This document shows, piece after piece, positions 14,465 through 22,182 of a stretch of DNA of 24,000 bases. Position numbers and translations under genes: made by a program. Source of the stretch: Hadesarchaea archaeon DG-33 (GTDB taxonomy: Archaea > Hadarchaeota > Hadarchaeia > Hadarchaeales > Hadarchaeaceae). The notes beneath the pieces were generated by a model that was not told the origin of the DNA, made no database searches, and saw only the letters and a list, made by a program, of their open reading frames with translations. The stretch spans positions 3,263 to 27,262 of the forward strand of contig LQHI01000049.1 of assembly GCA_001515185.1 (NCBI GenBank), read 5' to 3'. Positions within the stretch are counted from its first letter, which is position 1. Each line of letters starts with the position of its first letter.

Positions 14465-15565
14465 CTAACTTTCACTTTTCTCTTTCATCCAATGCGGTAT
14501 TGGCTTCCCATATTTGCCCCAGCGCTTCAACAATTTTTTAGCTGAATTTTTCTTTCTTCTTGAGAGCCGTTTAACGAGTCCAATACCGGGCTTAACTGAG
14601 TTGAGCGATTTTACACCGAGCTTTGGATTATTTCTGGCTACTTTAAAAGCCTCCGCTCCGACCTTGGTGCGCACTAATACCGTGGAGCGACCCAGGGGAG
14701 ATCCTACAGCACCGACGGATATGTCTGCTAGCTCACAGGCGAAATCCAAACAAACCGAACAGGACGTATTAACGCAATTCTTTAGGGCTTTTACATCAAC
14801 TTCCCGCTTCGACCCTTGTTTGGAATAAACGACAAAATTCCCCTTTTTGATGTCAAATTTAGAGACGTTCTCTATAGGGATTTTTAGTTTCCTCTTCACG
14901 AAATTTTTGAGCTTTTCATAATAGAATGATTCCATGCAGAACAACCCGATTACCAACTTCACGGAATCCGCTAGATGATGAAAAGCTCTATCACCGAACT
15001 GCATCCTTCGTACGGCATTGATCTGACAGGGAGTACCCACGATTGCTACTCTCTTCTTCAAGTACAGATCTACGGCGTCCCTCAGCCCTAAGAGGATTGG
15101 ACTTGGAGTATATTTTGTCCCTGCACACTGGGTTATCTCGTCTGGGGTCAGCGCCACTTTCGGCTTCGGCTTCCAAGATTCACCTTCAAATCCCGTCACC
15201 ACTGCCCCATCTATAAAATCCTTTTTTAAGAGCCAAGTAAGCATCGAAGTCACAGCGCCCCCATCTTGGCATTTCTTCCGAATTTTTGGGTCCTTCGTTT
15301 TTACGGAGAAGGCTTTTCCATATACCCCGATGTCTGGGTCGGGAGATGCCTGGCCAGATACATACTCCACAAGCTTAGCAGAGTCACCTGTTTGGGGACA
15401 TTCGTAATAACAGAGGTTACAGTCTTCGCATTTTCCAACGAGCTTAGGTTCGCAGCTAGCGAGATTCAAAGCATTAAATTGGCATGACGCGATACATGCC
15501 CCGCAGCCAGTGCAAAGTCCTGGCTTTATCACTTCTTTATAAAGATGCCCGAAGATTTTATTCAT
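14465..15565 (-). CDS. FrhB/FpoF-family flavo-iron-sulfur protein: N-terminal 2x[4Fe-4S] ferredoxin domain + FrhB_N/FrhB_C + basic C-terminal tail
   Basis: CTGCGACIASC and CEDCNLCYYECP, then QDGGAVTSMLTWLLKKDFIDGAVV, GTKYTPSP, VAIVGTPCQINAVRR, IGLFCMESF, CSVCLDFACELADISVGAVGSPLGRSTVLVRT. The tail is KRLSRRKKNSAKKLLKRWGKYGKPIPHWMKEK. The ATG at 15565 follows a ggtgaggag SD; the track begins at TTG 15577. Confidence 0.85.
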   Translation of the reverse strand: MNKIFGHLYKEVIKPGLCTGCGACIASCQFNALNLASCEPKLVGKCEDCNLCYYECPQTGDSAKLVEYVSGQASPDPDIGVYGKAFSVKTKDPKIRKKCQDGGAVTSMLTWLLKKDFIDGAVVTGFEGESWKPKPKVALTPDEITQCAGTKYTPSPILLGLRDAVDLYLKKRVAIVGTPCQINAVRRMQFGDRAFHHLADSVKLVIGLFCMESFYYEKLKNFVKRKLKIPIENVSKFDIKKGNFVVYSKQGSKREVDVKALKNCVNTSCSVCLDFACELADISVGAVGSPLGRSTVLVRTKVGAEAFKVARNNPKLGVKSLNSVKPGIGLVKRLSRRKKNSAKKLLKRWGKYGKPIPHWMKEKSES

Positions 15566-15611
15566 CTCCTCACCCAATCTTCGTGATTCAAAAGTGTGAG
15601 TTCAAATTCCA

Positions 15612-17108
15612 TTAGACACCACCCAACACCGCGCTTATGTAACCACCAGAGTTCATCACGGCTTCCTGCGCGGGGCGCACCAATTCTATCCCTAGATGTG
15701 GAAGCACGCCGAATACCAAGCAGAGCGCCGCAAGCAGCAAGATTGGAATGAGCATCGAGATGGGGGTTTCCTTTACATTTTTTAAGTGCTTTGGCCGCTG
15801 GCCTAAGAAGATCGAGTTGAATGCTTTCAAGAAGTAAGCGAGCGTCAGAGCGCTTACAACGAGGGCGATGATGGTAAACACATATTGCCCCTCTTCGATG
15901 CCTGCCACGTAGATCGTCCACTTACTTGCAAAGCCGTTCATAGGCGGCACCCCCGAGATTGCAAGCGCACCTATCATGAAGGCCATCGCGGTCACGGGCA
16001 TGTTGTTCCAGAGCCCCCCAAGCTTGTCCATGTTAGAGGTTCCCACCTGGTAGATGATCGTCCCAGCAATCATGAAGAGCATCGTCTTGTAGATGGCGTT
16101 GTTGAATAGGTGGAAGAGCCCACCTTGGATCCCCAGCGTCGTGCCCAAACCTATGCCGAGCAGGATGTAGCCGAGCTGGCAGATACCCGAGTATGCGAGC
16201 AAACGCTTCAAGTCTCGTTGGACAAGAGCCATGAAAGCGCCAAGCACCATCGAGACGAGTCCGAGGCCCGCGAGTATCATCCCCACTCCAAGAATCCCGA
16301 AAAGCATGTAGACCACTCGCACCATCGCGTAAATCCCAACGGTAGTCGTGGCCCCCGAGAAAAGAGCTGCGACGGCCGATGGGGCTGCTTGGTATGCATC
16401 TGGCTGCCACATGTGTAGGGGAACCATCGCGATCTTAATGCCGAAGCCAGTCATGAAGAGGCCTAGCGGCACAATCAGGGTTGATGGGACTACCCCTCCA
16501 AACTTTTGCATCAGGTCACCTATGTTGAGGCTACCCACTTGCCCGAAGAGCAACGCCACGCTAAGCAGGATGAAAGAGGTGCCTAGGGAGCTGACGATCA
16601 TGTACTTGATGCTTGCCTCGATCGATTGCCAATTTCGCCTGAACGCCACGAGGGCATAGGAGGAGATGCACATGATTTCGAAGAACACGTAGAGGTTGAA
16701 GATGTCTCCCGTGAGCGTGACGCCCATCATACCAGCCAGGATGAGCAAGAAAAGGGTGTAATACTGGTCTAGTCCTGTGTCGCGCTCCATGTAAACAAAG
16801 GAGTAAATCGCGACGAGTGCGCTGATGCCAACAACGATGAGCGCGACCAGCAGGTTCAGCCCGTCGATGGCGAGGTTGATTCCCCAAGGAGGTTGCCACC
16901 CCCCTAGCTGGTAGACGAGCACTTGGCCGCCCACCACCGCTGGCAACATGCTCGCCACGATTACGAGCTCCGCAAGCACCGCAGCGATCGCAAACCACTC
17001 CCGAGCGCGCTTGATGCCTCGCCGACGGGCTAAAATTCCAACCACTGGCATCAGGAACGCCGCGAACAGCGGGAGCAATATGGCTAAAATTGGAGCGTGA
17101 GGGATCAC
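15612..17108 (-). CDS. mbhH: Mbh subunit H, MrpD/NuoN-like antiporter subunit
   Basis: 498 aa with about 14 TM helices, typical of the NuoL/M/N-MrpA/D family (PLHMWQPDAYQAAP, LAYSGICQLGYILLG). The GTG start forms a GTGA overlap with the mbhG stop. Confidence 0.9.
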   Translation of the reverse strand: MIPHAPILAILLPLFAAFLMPVVGILARRRGIKRAREWFAIAAVLAELVIVASMLPAVVGGQVLVYQLGGWQPPWGINLAIDGLNLLVALIVVGISALVAIYSFVYMERDTGLDQYYTLFLLILAGMMGVTLTGDIFNLYVFFEIMCISSYALVAFRRNWQSIEASIKYMIVSSLGTSFILLSVALLFGQVGSLNIGDLMQKFGGVVPSTLIVPLGLFMTGFGIKIAMVPLHMWQPDAYQAAPSAVAALFSGATTTVGIYAMVRVVYMLFGILGVGMILAGLGLVSMVLGAFMALVQRDLKRLLAYSGICQLGYILLGIGLGTTLGIQGGLFHLFNNAIYKTMLFMIAGTIIYQVGTSNMDKLGGLWNNMPVTAMAFMIGALAISGVPPMNGFASKWTIYVAGIEEGQYVFTIIALVVSALTLAYFLKAFNSIFLGQRPKHLKNVKETPISMLIPILLLAALCLVFGVLPHLGIELVRPAQEAVMNSGGYISAVLGGV

Positions 17109-17464
17109 TCCTTCAACCTCCTGATTTTCGATGGGTCAAGCGTGCCGTAGTGGCGGTAGGCGTAGATGGCTAGCGAGAGAGCCAGCGCGAGGATGCAGAT
17201 GTTGATGACGATTGAGGTCAGCACGAGTGCTTGAGGGACAGGGTCGACGGCGTGGGCGGCAAATCCAGGGAGGTCCGAGAACATCTCCCCGCTAACGATT
17301 GGAGCCGTGCCTCCTAAGCGATATCCAATACTTATCAGGAAGAGGTGGATACCATCGGTCAACACGGCGAGGCCGATGATTATTTTGATCAAGTTGCGCT
17401 TGAGTAGCAGGCAGTATATCCCGAGAGCGACTAGGAGCATCGCAAAGATGTAGTTTAGGTCCAA
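17105..17464 (-). CDS. mbhG: Mbh subunit G, MrpC/NuoK-like
   Basis: 119 aa with 3 TM helices and DPVPQALVLTSIVI, typical of MnhC. The TTG start is preceded by a gggggtg SD. Confidence 0.82.
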   Translation of the reverse strand: MDLNYIFAMLLVALGIYCLLLKRNLIKIIIGLAVLTDGIHLFLISIGYRLGGTAPIVSGEMFSDLPGFAAHAVDPVPQALVLTSIVINICILALALSLAIYAYRHYGTLDPSKIRRLKE

Positions 17465-17495
17465 CTTTACACCCCCGTAAACTCCAAGCTGTTAC

Positions 17496-17930
17496 TCATT
17501 CTTTCTCCTCCCTGAAAGCGAACAACATCGCGTAGAAAATCAGGATGATGCCCGCCGTGACTTTTATCCCGACGCCTAGGTAGAGCAGGGGCAGGTTGCC
17601 AGCACTAAATAGCTGCCCGAGATCTCCGAGCGGGAACACGTTTTGGAGGAAGAAGGCACCGAGTAGGAGGCCAAACAACCCTAGGACTACTATCGCTACC
17701 CCCCCGATGCTTTCAAGCACCTCGGCTTGCAGGAGGCCCATCCTTTTCTGTGCCCGTTCAATGCCATAGGCTAGGAGTAGCATCACCACCGAGGCGGCGA
17801 TTATCACTCCTCCCGGGAAGCCCCCTCCGGGAGTCAGGTGGCCGTGAAGCACGATGTAGGCCCCGAAGAGGAAGGTGAACGGGAAGAGGAGCCTCGCGAT
17901 TGTTCGAACGATTACCGTCATTCCCGCCAT
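17496..17930 (-). CDS. mbhF: Mbh subunit F, MrpB-like
   Basis: I place the start at ATG 17930 ([41 protein letters not shown], the MnhB signature), overlapping the mbhE stop (TAATG). The track ORF's 34-codon extension lies inside mbhE. Confidence 0.82.
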   Translation of the reverse strand: MAGMTVIVRTIARLLFPFTFLFGAYIVLHGHLTPGGGFPGGVIIAASVVMLLLAYGIERAQKRMGLLQAEVLESIGGVAIVVLGLFGLLLGAFFLQNVFPLGDLGQLFSAGNLPLLYLGVGIKVTAGIILIFYAMLFAFREEKE

Positions 17931-18229
17931 TACTCTCGCCTCCCAAATGCCCTGAAAATCATCACTACACCCACGACGGCTGTGAAGAGCACCGTCGCCT
18001 CCCCCAACGTGTCGTAGCCTCGGTAGCCCCACACGACGCTCGTCACCACGTTTGCCGCACCCGTCTGCTGAGGGGCGTTCTCTAAAATCTGCTGGCCGAT
18101 GCTATTGTCGAAGTTTTCCCCGATCTGGCGACTGGGGAAGGAGCCGAACGGCAGTAGGTTAGTGCTGACGGTGAAAACGAGCAGCACGCCGATCGCCACG
18201 ACCATCCCGAGCGCGAGTGCCCGTTGCAT
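17930..18229 (-). CDS. mbhE: Mbh subunit E (MnhB N-terminal-domain-like)
   Basis: 99 aa. [23 protein letters not shown] is the conserved MbhE/MnhB motif. Confidence 0.8.
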   Translation of the reverse strand: MQRALALGMVVAIGVLLVFTVSTNLLPFGSFPSRQIGENFDNSIGQQILENAPQQTGAANVVTSVVWGYRGYDTLGEATVLFTAVVGVVMIFRAFGRRE

Positions 18230-18481
18230 CTATTCTTTCCTCCTTGTGCGACTTATCGCTATCACGAAGAGCACGGTCGTCACCCCCGCCCCTACAGCCG
18301 CTTGGGTGATTGCAATGTCCGGGGCCTGAAGCATAAAGAAGACAACCGCAAGTGTGATGCTTGCTCCGGCCAGCACGATTACCGAGTAGAGCAGGTCTTT
18401 GAGTTCGATCGCGATTAGGCAGAGCACGAACAGGAACACGAGCATGGCGTTTTGAATCAGTAAATCGAGACTCAACTTCAC
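18230..18481 (-). CDS. mbhD: Mbh subunit D (DUF4040-type small membrane subunit)
   Basis: 83 aa with 3 TM helices and APDIAITQAAVGAGVTTVLFV, typical of MbhD. GTG start at 18481. Confidence 0.8.
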   Translation of the reverse strand: MKLSLDLLIQNAMLVFLFVLCLIAIELKDLLYSVIVLAGASITLAVVFFMLQAPDIAITQAAVGAGVTTVLFVIAISRTRRKE

Positions 18482-18508
18482 ACCCCTGTAAACTTCACAC
18501 CCCTGTAA
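18475..18508. repeat. Perfect 17-bp tandem duplication (acttcacacccctgtaa x2, plus a partial third, acttc) covering the SD and start codon of mbhD
   Basis: Unit 1 is 18475-18491, unit 2 is 18492-18508, and 5 further matching nt run to 18513. A 19/21-identical 21-mer occurs upstream of mbhG (17463-17483). Confidence 0.9.
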
Positions 18509-18515
18509 ACTTCGC

Positions 18516-18842
18516 TCATGGTTTTTCCTCCTCGAGCTTGTCGACCACGCTGCGACGCCAGAGCTTGACGCCGGACTTATGGGCGGCTCGAGCGATTGCG
18601 TGGGCGCTTACGGGGTTAGTAAGGAAGATGAAGAAGGCGATGATGAGTATTTTTAAGGTGTAGGAGCTCAGCCCCTCAAGCACACTCGCGCCGAGCAGCA
18701 TCACGATTGCCCCACCGACCACGACCACGGTGTTGGCGTGGATTCGGTTGTAAACATCCGGGAAGCGCACGATGCCAATTGACCCAACGATAGCACAGAA
18801 AGCACCGATGCCCAGCAGGATATAAGCGATTATTTCAATCAA
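18516..18842 (-). CDS. mbhC: Mbh subunit C, MrpG-like
   Basis: I place the start at TTG 18842 ((M)IEIIAYILLGIGAFCAIVGSIGIVRFPDVYNRIHA, the MnhG signature), overlapping the mbhB stop. The track ORF (to 19061) is over-extended through mbhB. Confidence 0.8.
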   Translation of the reverse strand: MIEIIAYILLGIGAFCAIVGSIGIVRFPDVYNRIHANTVVVVGGAIVMLLGASVLEGLSSYTLKILIIAFFIFLTNPVSAHAIARAAHKSGVKLWRRSVVDKLEEEKP

Positions 18843-19096
18843 GTTTCGATCCCCCTTCCTTCGAGATATTTTGCGATAGCGAGCGTGCCCAAGAAAGCGA
18901 GGAAAGCGTAGACCAAGGCTACATCGAGGTAGATGGGGGCACGATAATAGACGCCCAGCAGCACAAGGGCACTTATCATCAGCACTACCAAGGCATCGAT
19001 GGCGACGACCCGATCGGGGGCCGTGGGACCCAGCGCGGCTCGGAGCGCGCAGATGAGGCATGCACAGAAGATGATGATGAGCACCTCGAGAATCAT
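18839..19096 (-). CDS. mbhB: Mbh subunit B, MrpF-like
   Basis: The start at ATG 19096 (MILEVLIIIFCACLICALRAALGPTAPDRVVAIDAL, the MnhF signature) forms an ATGA overlap with the mbhA stop. Confidence 0.8.
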   Translation of the reverse strand: MILEVLIIIFCACLICALRAALGPTAPDRVVAIDALVVLMISALVLLGVYYRAPIYLDVALVYAFLAFLGTLAIAKYLEGRGIET

Positions 19097-19596
19097 CTGA
19101 ATATCCTCCTGAGGAAACGCTCGAAGGGCCAAGCTATTTGCCTGCTGGTTTGCTCGGGTTCTACCGCTTCGACATTGATCCAGTGCACGTATAGGGAGGG
19201 TTCCTCTTCATTGACCTCTACGCTGAGCGTGCCTGGGGTCATCGTGATCGCGTTGGCCAAGCCGGTGATGCCAAAGTCGCTCCGGAGTTTGGTCGGTACT
19301 CGCACGATGCCGGGTTTAATGGGCATTCTTGGGTGTAAGATGCGATAGATGACGCTTGCATGCGCCTTCAGCTCGGCCCAGATGTATGCGGGCACATAGG
19401 CGAGGGCGTAGCCCCATCGCTTCGGTTCAAATTTCTCCCGCATCCCACCGTGAAAGAGGAGCTTGTAGGAAATCACGGCCACGAAGGCAGCGACGATTGC
19501 CCCCACTCCGAGCTCCTGGGGATTGAGTGAACCCGTTAGGGCAATCCATGCTAGCCACAGGCAGATGAACGCAACGAACAAACTTCCTTTAGCCAT
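19093..19596 (-). CDS. mbhA: Mbh subunit A, MrpE-like
   Basis: ANAITMTPGTLSVEV...LYVHWI is the MnhE signature. ATG 19596 (MAKGSLFVAF...) is preferred over the track's TTG at 19632. An AT-rich promoter region lies upstream (19633-19790). Confidence 0.8.
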   Translation of the reverse strand: MAKGSLFVAFICLWLAWIALTGSLNPQELGVGAIVAAFVAVISYKLLFHGGMREKFEPKRWGYALAYVPAYIWAELKAHASVIYRILHPRMPIKPGIVRVPTKLRSDFGITGLANAITMTPGTLSVEVNEEEPSLYVHWINVEAVEPEQTSRQIAWPFERFLRRIFR

Positions 19597-19962
19597 TGGT
19601 ATCGCTTCGTTGCCCCATAACACTGGGCCCAATAATTTTTTTCATTTTCATAGTATTCCGTTTTAATAGTTGTTCCAACTCTTTTACTTTTTACATCTAT
19701 ATATCCTTTATTTTCTGTGTTTTCATTAATTAAATAAAATTTGATGGGTTGGAATGAGTTTAGTGCTTTATCCAAAATTTCACTCTTTTAAATAACCTCC
19801 ACCCAAAGCCTCGGCGGGCAAATTGAACACTTTGCTGCTCGTGCACACGCTTGTCGTGATTTGGTTAAATTGGCTTGACCTTATTCGAGCGCTCTCGTTG
19901 CACACGTCAGGCAACCCGTTGGCGTTTCCCAGCGGATTTACAAATCGTGGCATGGGGAGCTT

Positions 19963-21942
19963 ATGAGGGGGTTTGCTTCGCTCGCGCTCATGCTAGCGGT
20001 GCTGCTCTTGGCGATAGTTCCGGTCAGGGCCAGTCCGGACGTTTTTACCGACGATAGCTTCAGCTCGCCCGGGGGGCTGGATGGTGTCGAGGTTGTTGCT
20101 GGTGATGTAAGATTAAAGATTACTCCCGAAAACTGGACACAGACCACAAAAGCTGATTTTGAACAGTGGGAGAATTACGAGAACATAACAGCTGTTGATT
20201 TGGATTATGTAAAACTTGAGAGCACTGGCGAAGGATGGTCAACCTTAGAAAATGCACCCTACAGCAGTACATATTGTGTAGCTACGGCTGGTGCTGGAGA
20301 CTACATTTTCATCCTCAGGGGCTACTGGTCCGGCGTCAAGGTTGGGGTAGGGCGATACAACACCGCAACCGGGAGCGGGGAGAATTGGAGCGACCCAACG
20401 ATCGAATGGCAGGAGAAGAAGCACTACTTTAAAAATGGTTGCTCGATGGCTTGGGACAATGGCGACTACATTTATGTGTTTGCGGGGGGCAGCTACGATG
20501 ATACATCTAACCCATCCAATCCCACCAAGCACGAGCCCCGTTACGGTTTCTGGCGCTTTTCGGTCGGCAATCCATCCAGCTGGGAGCGTCTCGAGAACAC
20601 ACCATGGCACCAAGGCCCGGGGGACTCTTTAGTTTGGGCAAGGGCGGACGGGGAGAACTACATCTATGCATGGATTGGCACCACGAGCAAAAATCGCGGG
20701 CGCGGTTGTGGGGCAAAATTTTATCGCTACAGCGTTCACAGCGGGCACTGGGACGCAAAGCCGATAACCGAGATAGAGAAGCTGTATTGTAATAACGAGG
20801 TTTTGCCGCCCTACGGTGCCGACGATGGCTCGAGCTTGGCGTGGACCGGAGGGGATTACATCTATTTCCTCCCGGGCGCCTATGCCGAGAACCTACCTCC
20901 AAACAAGGAGCGCTATTTCGCACGTTTTGTAATTTTGGAGAATAGGTGGGAAAATCTGGCGATGTTGCCCTACAACGAGAACCCAGACACAGCGGAGAGC
21001 GATGGTGTCGATGATGGTGGCTCGATGGTCTGGAATGGTGGCGATTATTTCTACGTTTTGAAGGGCGGAGATGGCAACGGAGATGATGAGGCGGACAATT
21101 TCTGGCGTTACAGCATCAGCTCGGACTCGTGGGAAGTGCTGGCGGGGGTTCCGCTTGGGCCGTCGAGGAACAACGGCACGAGGCTAGGTTACGCGGGCGA
21201 GAACGTGTATTACTGGCACGCCAACTCGACTGGATTCTGGGCATACACGCCGCCGAAGTATAGGAGAAGTGGCTATTTTACCTCTAGTGTTTTCGATGCC
21301 GGCGTGATCTCCACTTGGCAGCGAATGAGTTTTGAGTTCGGTGCAAGTAGCGGGGCGGCGCTGCGGGTTTGGACACGGTCGAGTTCAGACAACGTAAAGT
21401 GGTCGGATTGGGTGGAGAATCAAAGCGGGGACTTACTGCCGTGGGAGAACCGCTACCTCCGGTACCGCGTGGAGCTCTCAACCACCGACGAAGATGTAAC
21501 ACCCATACTGCACGAGATGCGCATCGCCTACGTCACGAAAATTTGGAGAACTGGCACCTTCACGAGCCAGCCCCTCGAGCTCGGTCACGTTGAGAATTGG
21601 GGCACGCTGAGCTGGGAGGCGACGCTACCGGAGAACACCTCGATATCGTTCGCCACCCGAAGCTCGGCAGATGGCTCGACTTGGTCGGAGTGGGCCGAAC
21701 TTGACTCGAACGAGATTCAAAGTCCGACTCGCGACCGGTCGTTTCTGCAGGTTCGGGCGACTCTGAGGAGCTTGGGCGCGGCCACCCCAACCTTGCGGAG
21801 CTACAGTATTTCCTATACCCCAGATCGAGCGCCGCCGGTTCAGCCGATTGAGCACGTGGCGTTGGTCGTAGCGGTTGGCGCGGCGGGCATTGTGGCGGTT
21901 GGCGTGGATCGGGCGCTCTCTAAGAGGGCTCGCCACGCCTAA
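19963..21942 (+). CDS. Secreted, C-terminally membrane-anchored surface protein: Kelch-like six-blade beta-propeller + two ~90-aa tandem beta-sandwich-like repeats
   Basis: 659 aa. The signal peptide is MRGFASLALMLAVLLLAIVPVRASP. Six blade-like repeats are centred on GDYIFILRG, GDYIYVFAGG, ENYIYAWIG, GDYIYFLPG, GDYFYVLKGG and ENVYYWH. The C-terminal repeats are SGYFTSSVFD...MRIAY and TGTFTSQPLE...YSISY. The TM is VALVVAVGAAGIVAVGV, followed by a basic tail. Confidence 0.8.
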   Translation: MRGFASLALMLAVLLLAIVPVRASPDVFTDDSFSSPGGLDGVEVVAGDVRLKITPENWTQTTKADFEQWENYENITAVDLDYVKLESTGEGWSTLENAPYSSTYCVATAGAGDYIFILRGYWSGVKVGVGRYNTATGSGENWSDPTIEWQEKKHYFKNGCSMAWDNGDYIYVFAGGSYDDTSNPSNPTKHEPRYGFWRFSVGNPSSWERLENTPWHQGPGDSLVWARADGENYIYAWIGTTSKNRGRGCGAKFYRYSVHSGHWDAKPITEIEKLYCNNEVLPPYGADDGSSLAWTGGDYIYFLPGAYAENLPPNKERYFARFVILENRWENLAMLPYNENPDTAESDGVDDGGSMVWNGGDYFYVLKGGDGNGDDEADNFWRYSISSDSWEVLAGVPLGPSRNNGTRLGYAGENVYYWHANSTGFWAYTPPKYRRSGYFTSSVFDAGVISTWQRMSFEFGASSGAALRVWTRSSSDNVKWSDWVENQSGDLLPWENRYLRYRVELSTTDEDVTPILHEMRIAYVTKIWRTGTFTSQPLELGHVENWGTLSWEATLPENTSISFATRSSADGSTWSEWAELDSNEIQSPTRDRSFLQVRATLRSLGAATPTLRSYSISYTPDRAPPVQPIEHVALVVAVGAAGIVAVGVDRALSKRARHA

Positions 21943-22182
21943 AGGGACAAAGATGACGCCTCGGATTAAGGCGCAAAAAGGCGAAGAAAGCAATAGGGGC
22001 TTTTCACGTCAATCGTCGATGGTGGTATTAACGTTCAACGTAGTAATCGGGGCTATAAAAGCTTTTTTCTGTAGAATTGAGGATTTTTGGTTCACAACGC
22101 TTAAATTAGAGGACTTTAGGTTCGCAAGCGATTAATAAAGACCTTAAAGAGTTCAGCTCGTACAAAAGAGGAGATGAATTAA

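Noticed and set aside
15562-16998. Arg/His-rich ORFs (15562..15921, 16033..16410, 16561..16998 on the minus strand; 15885..16659 on the plus strand) within mbhH
   Set aside because: They are out-of-frame or antisense to a 498-aa MrpD/NuoN-like polytopic protein, and have no independent support.
18475-18513. Possible CRISPR or other array, suggested by short perfect direct repeats (also at 23386-23421)
   Set aside because: There are only two adjacent copies with no spacers, and the unit lengths of 17-18 bp are too short. These are simple tandem duplications.
19551-19775. 74-aa minus-strand ORF (MDKALNSFQPIKFYLINENTENKGY...) in the AT-rich region upstream of mbhA
   Set aside because: Its 3' third runs out of frame through the mbhA N-terminus, and the rest lies in what looks like the AT-rich mbh promoter/leader. 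There are no motifs. It cannot be fully excluded as a small protein, but it is unsupported.
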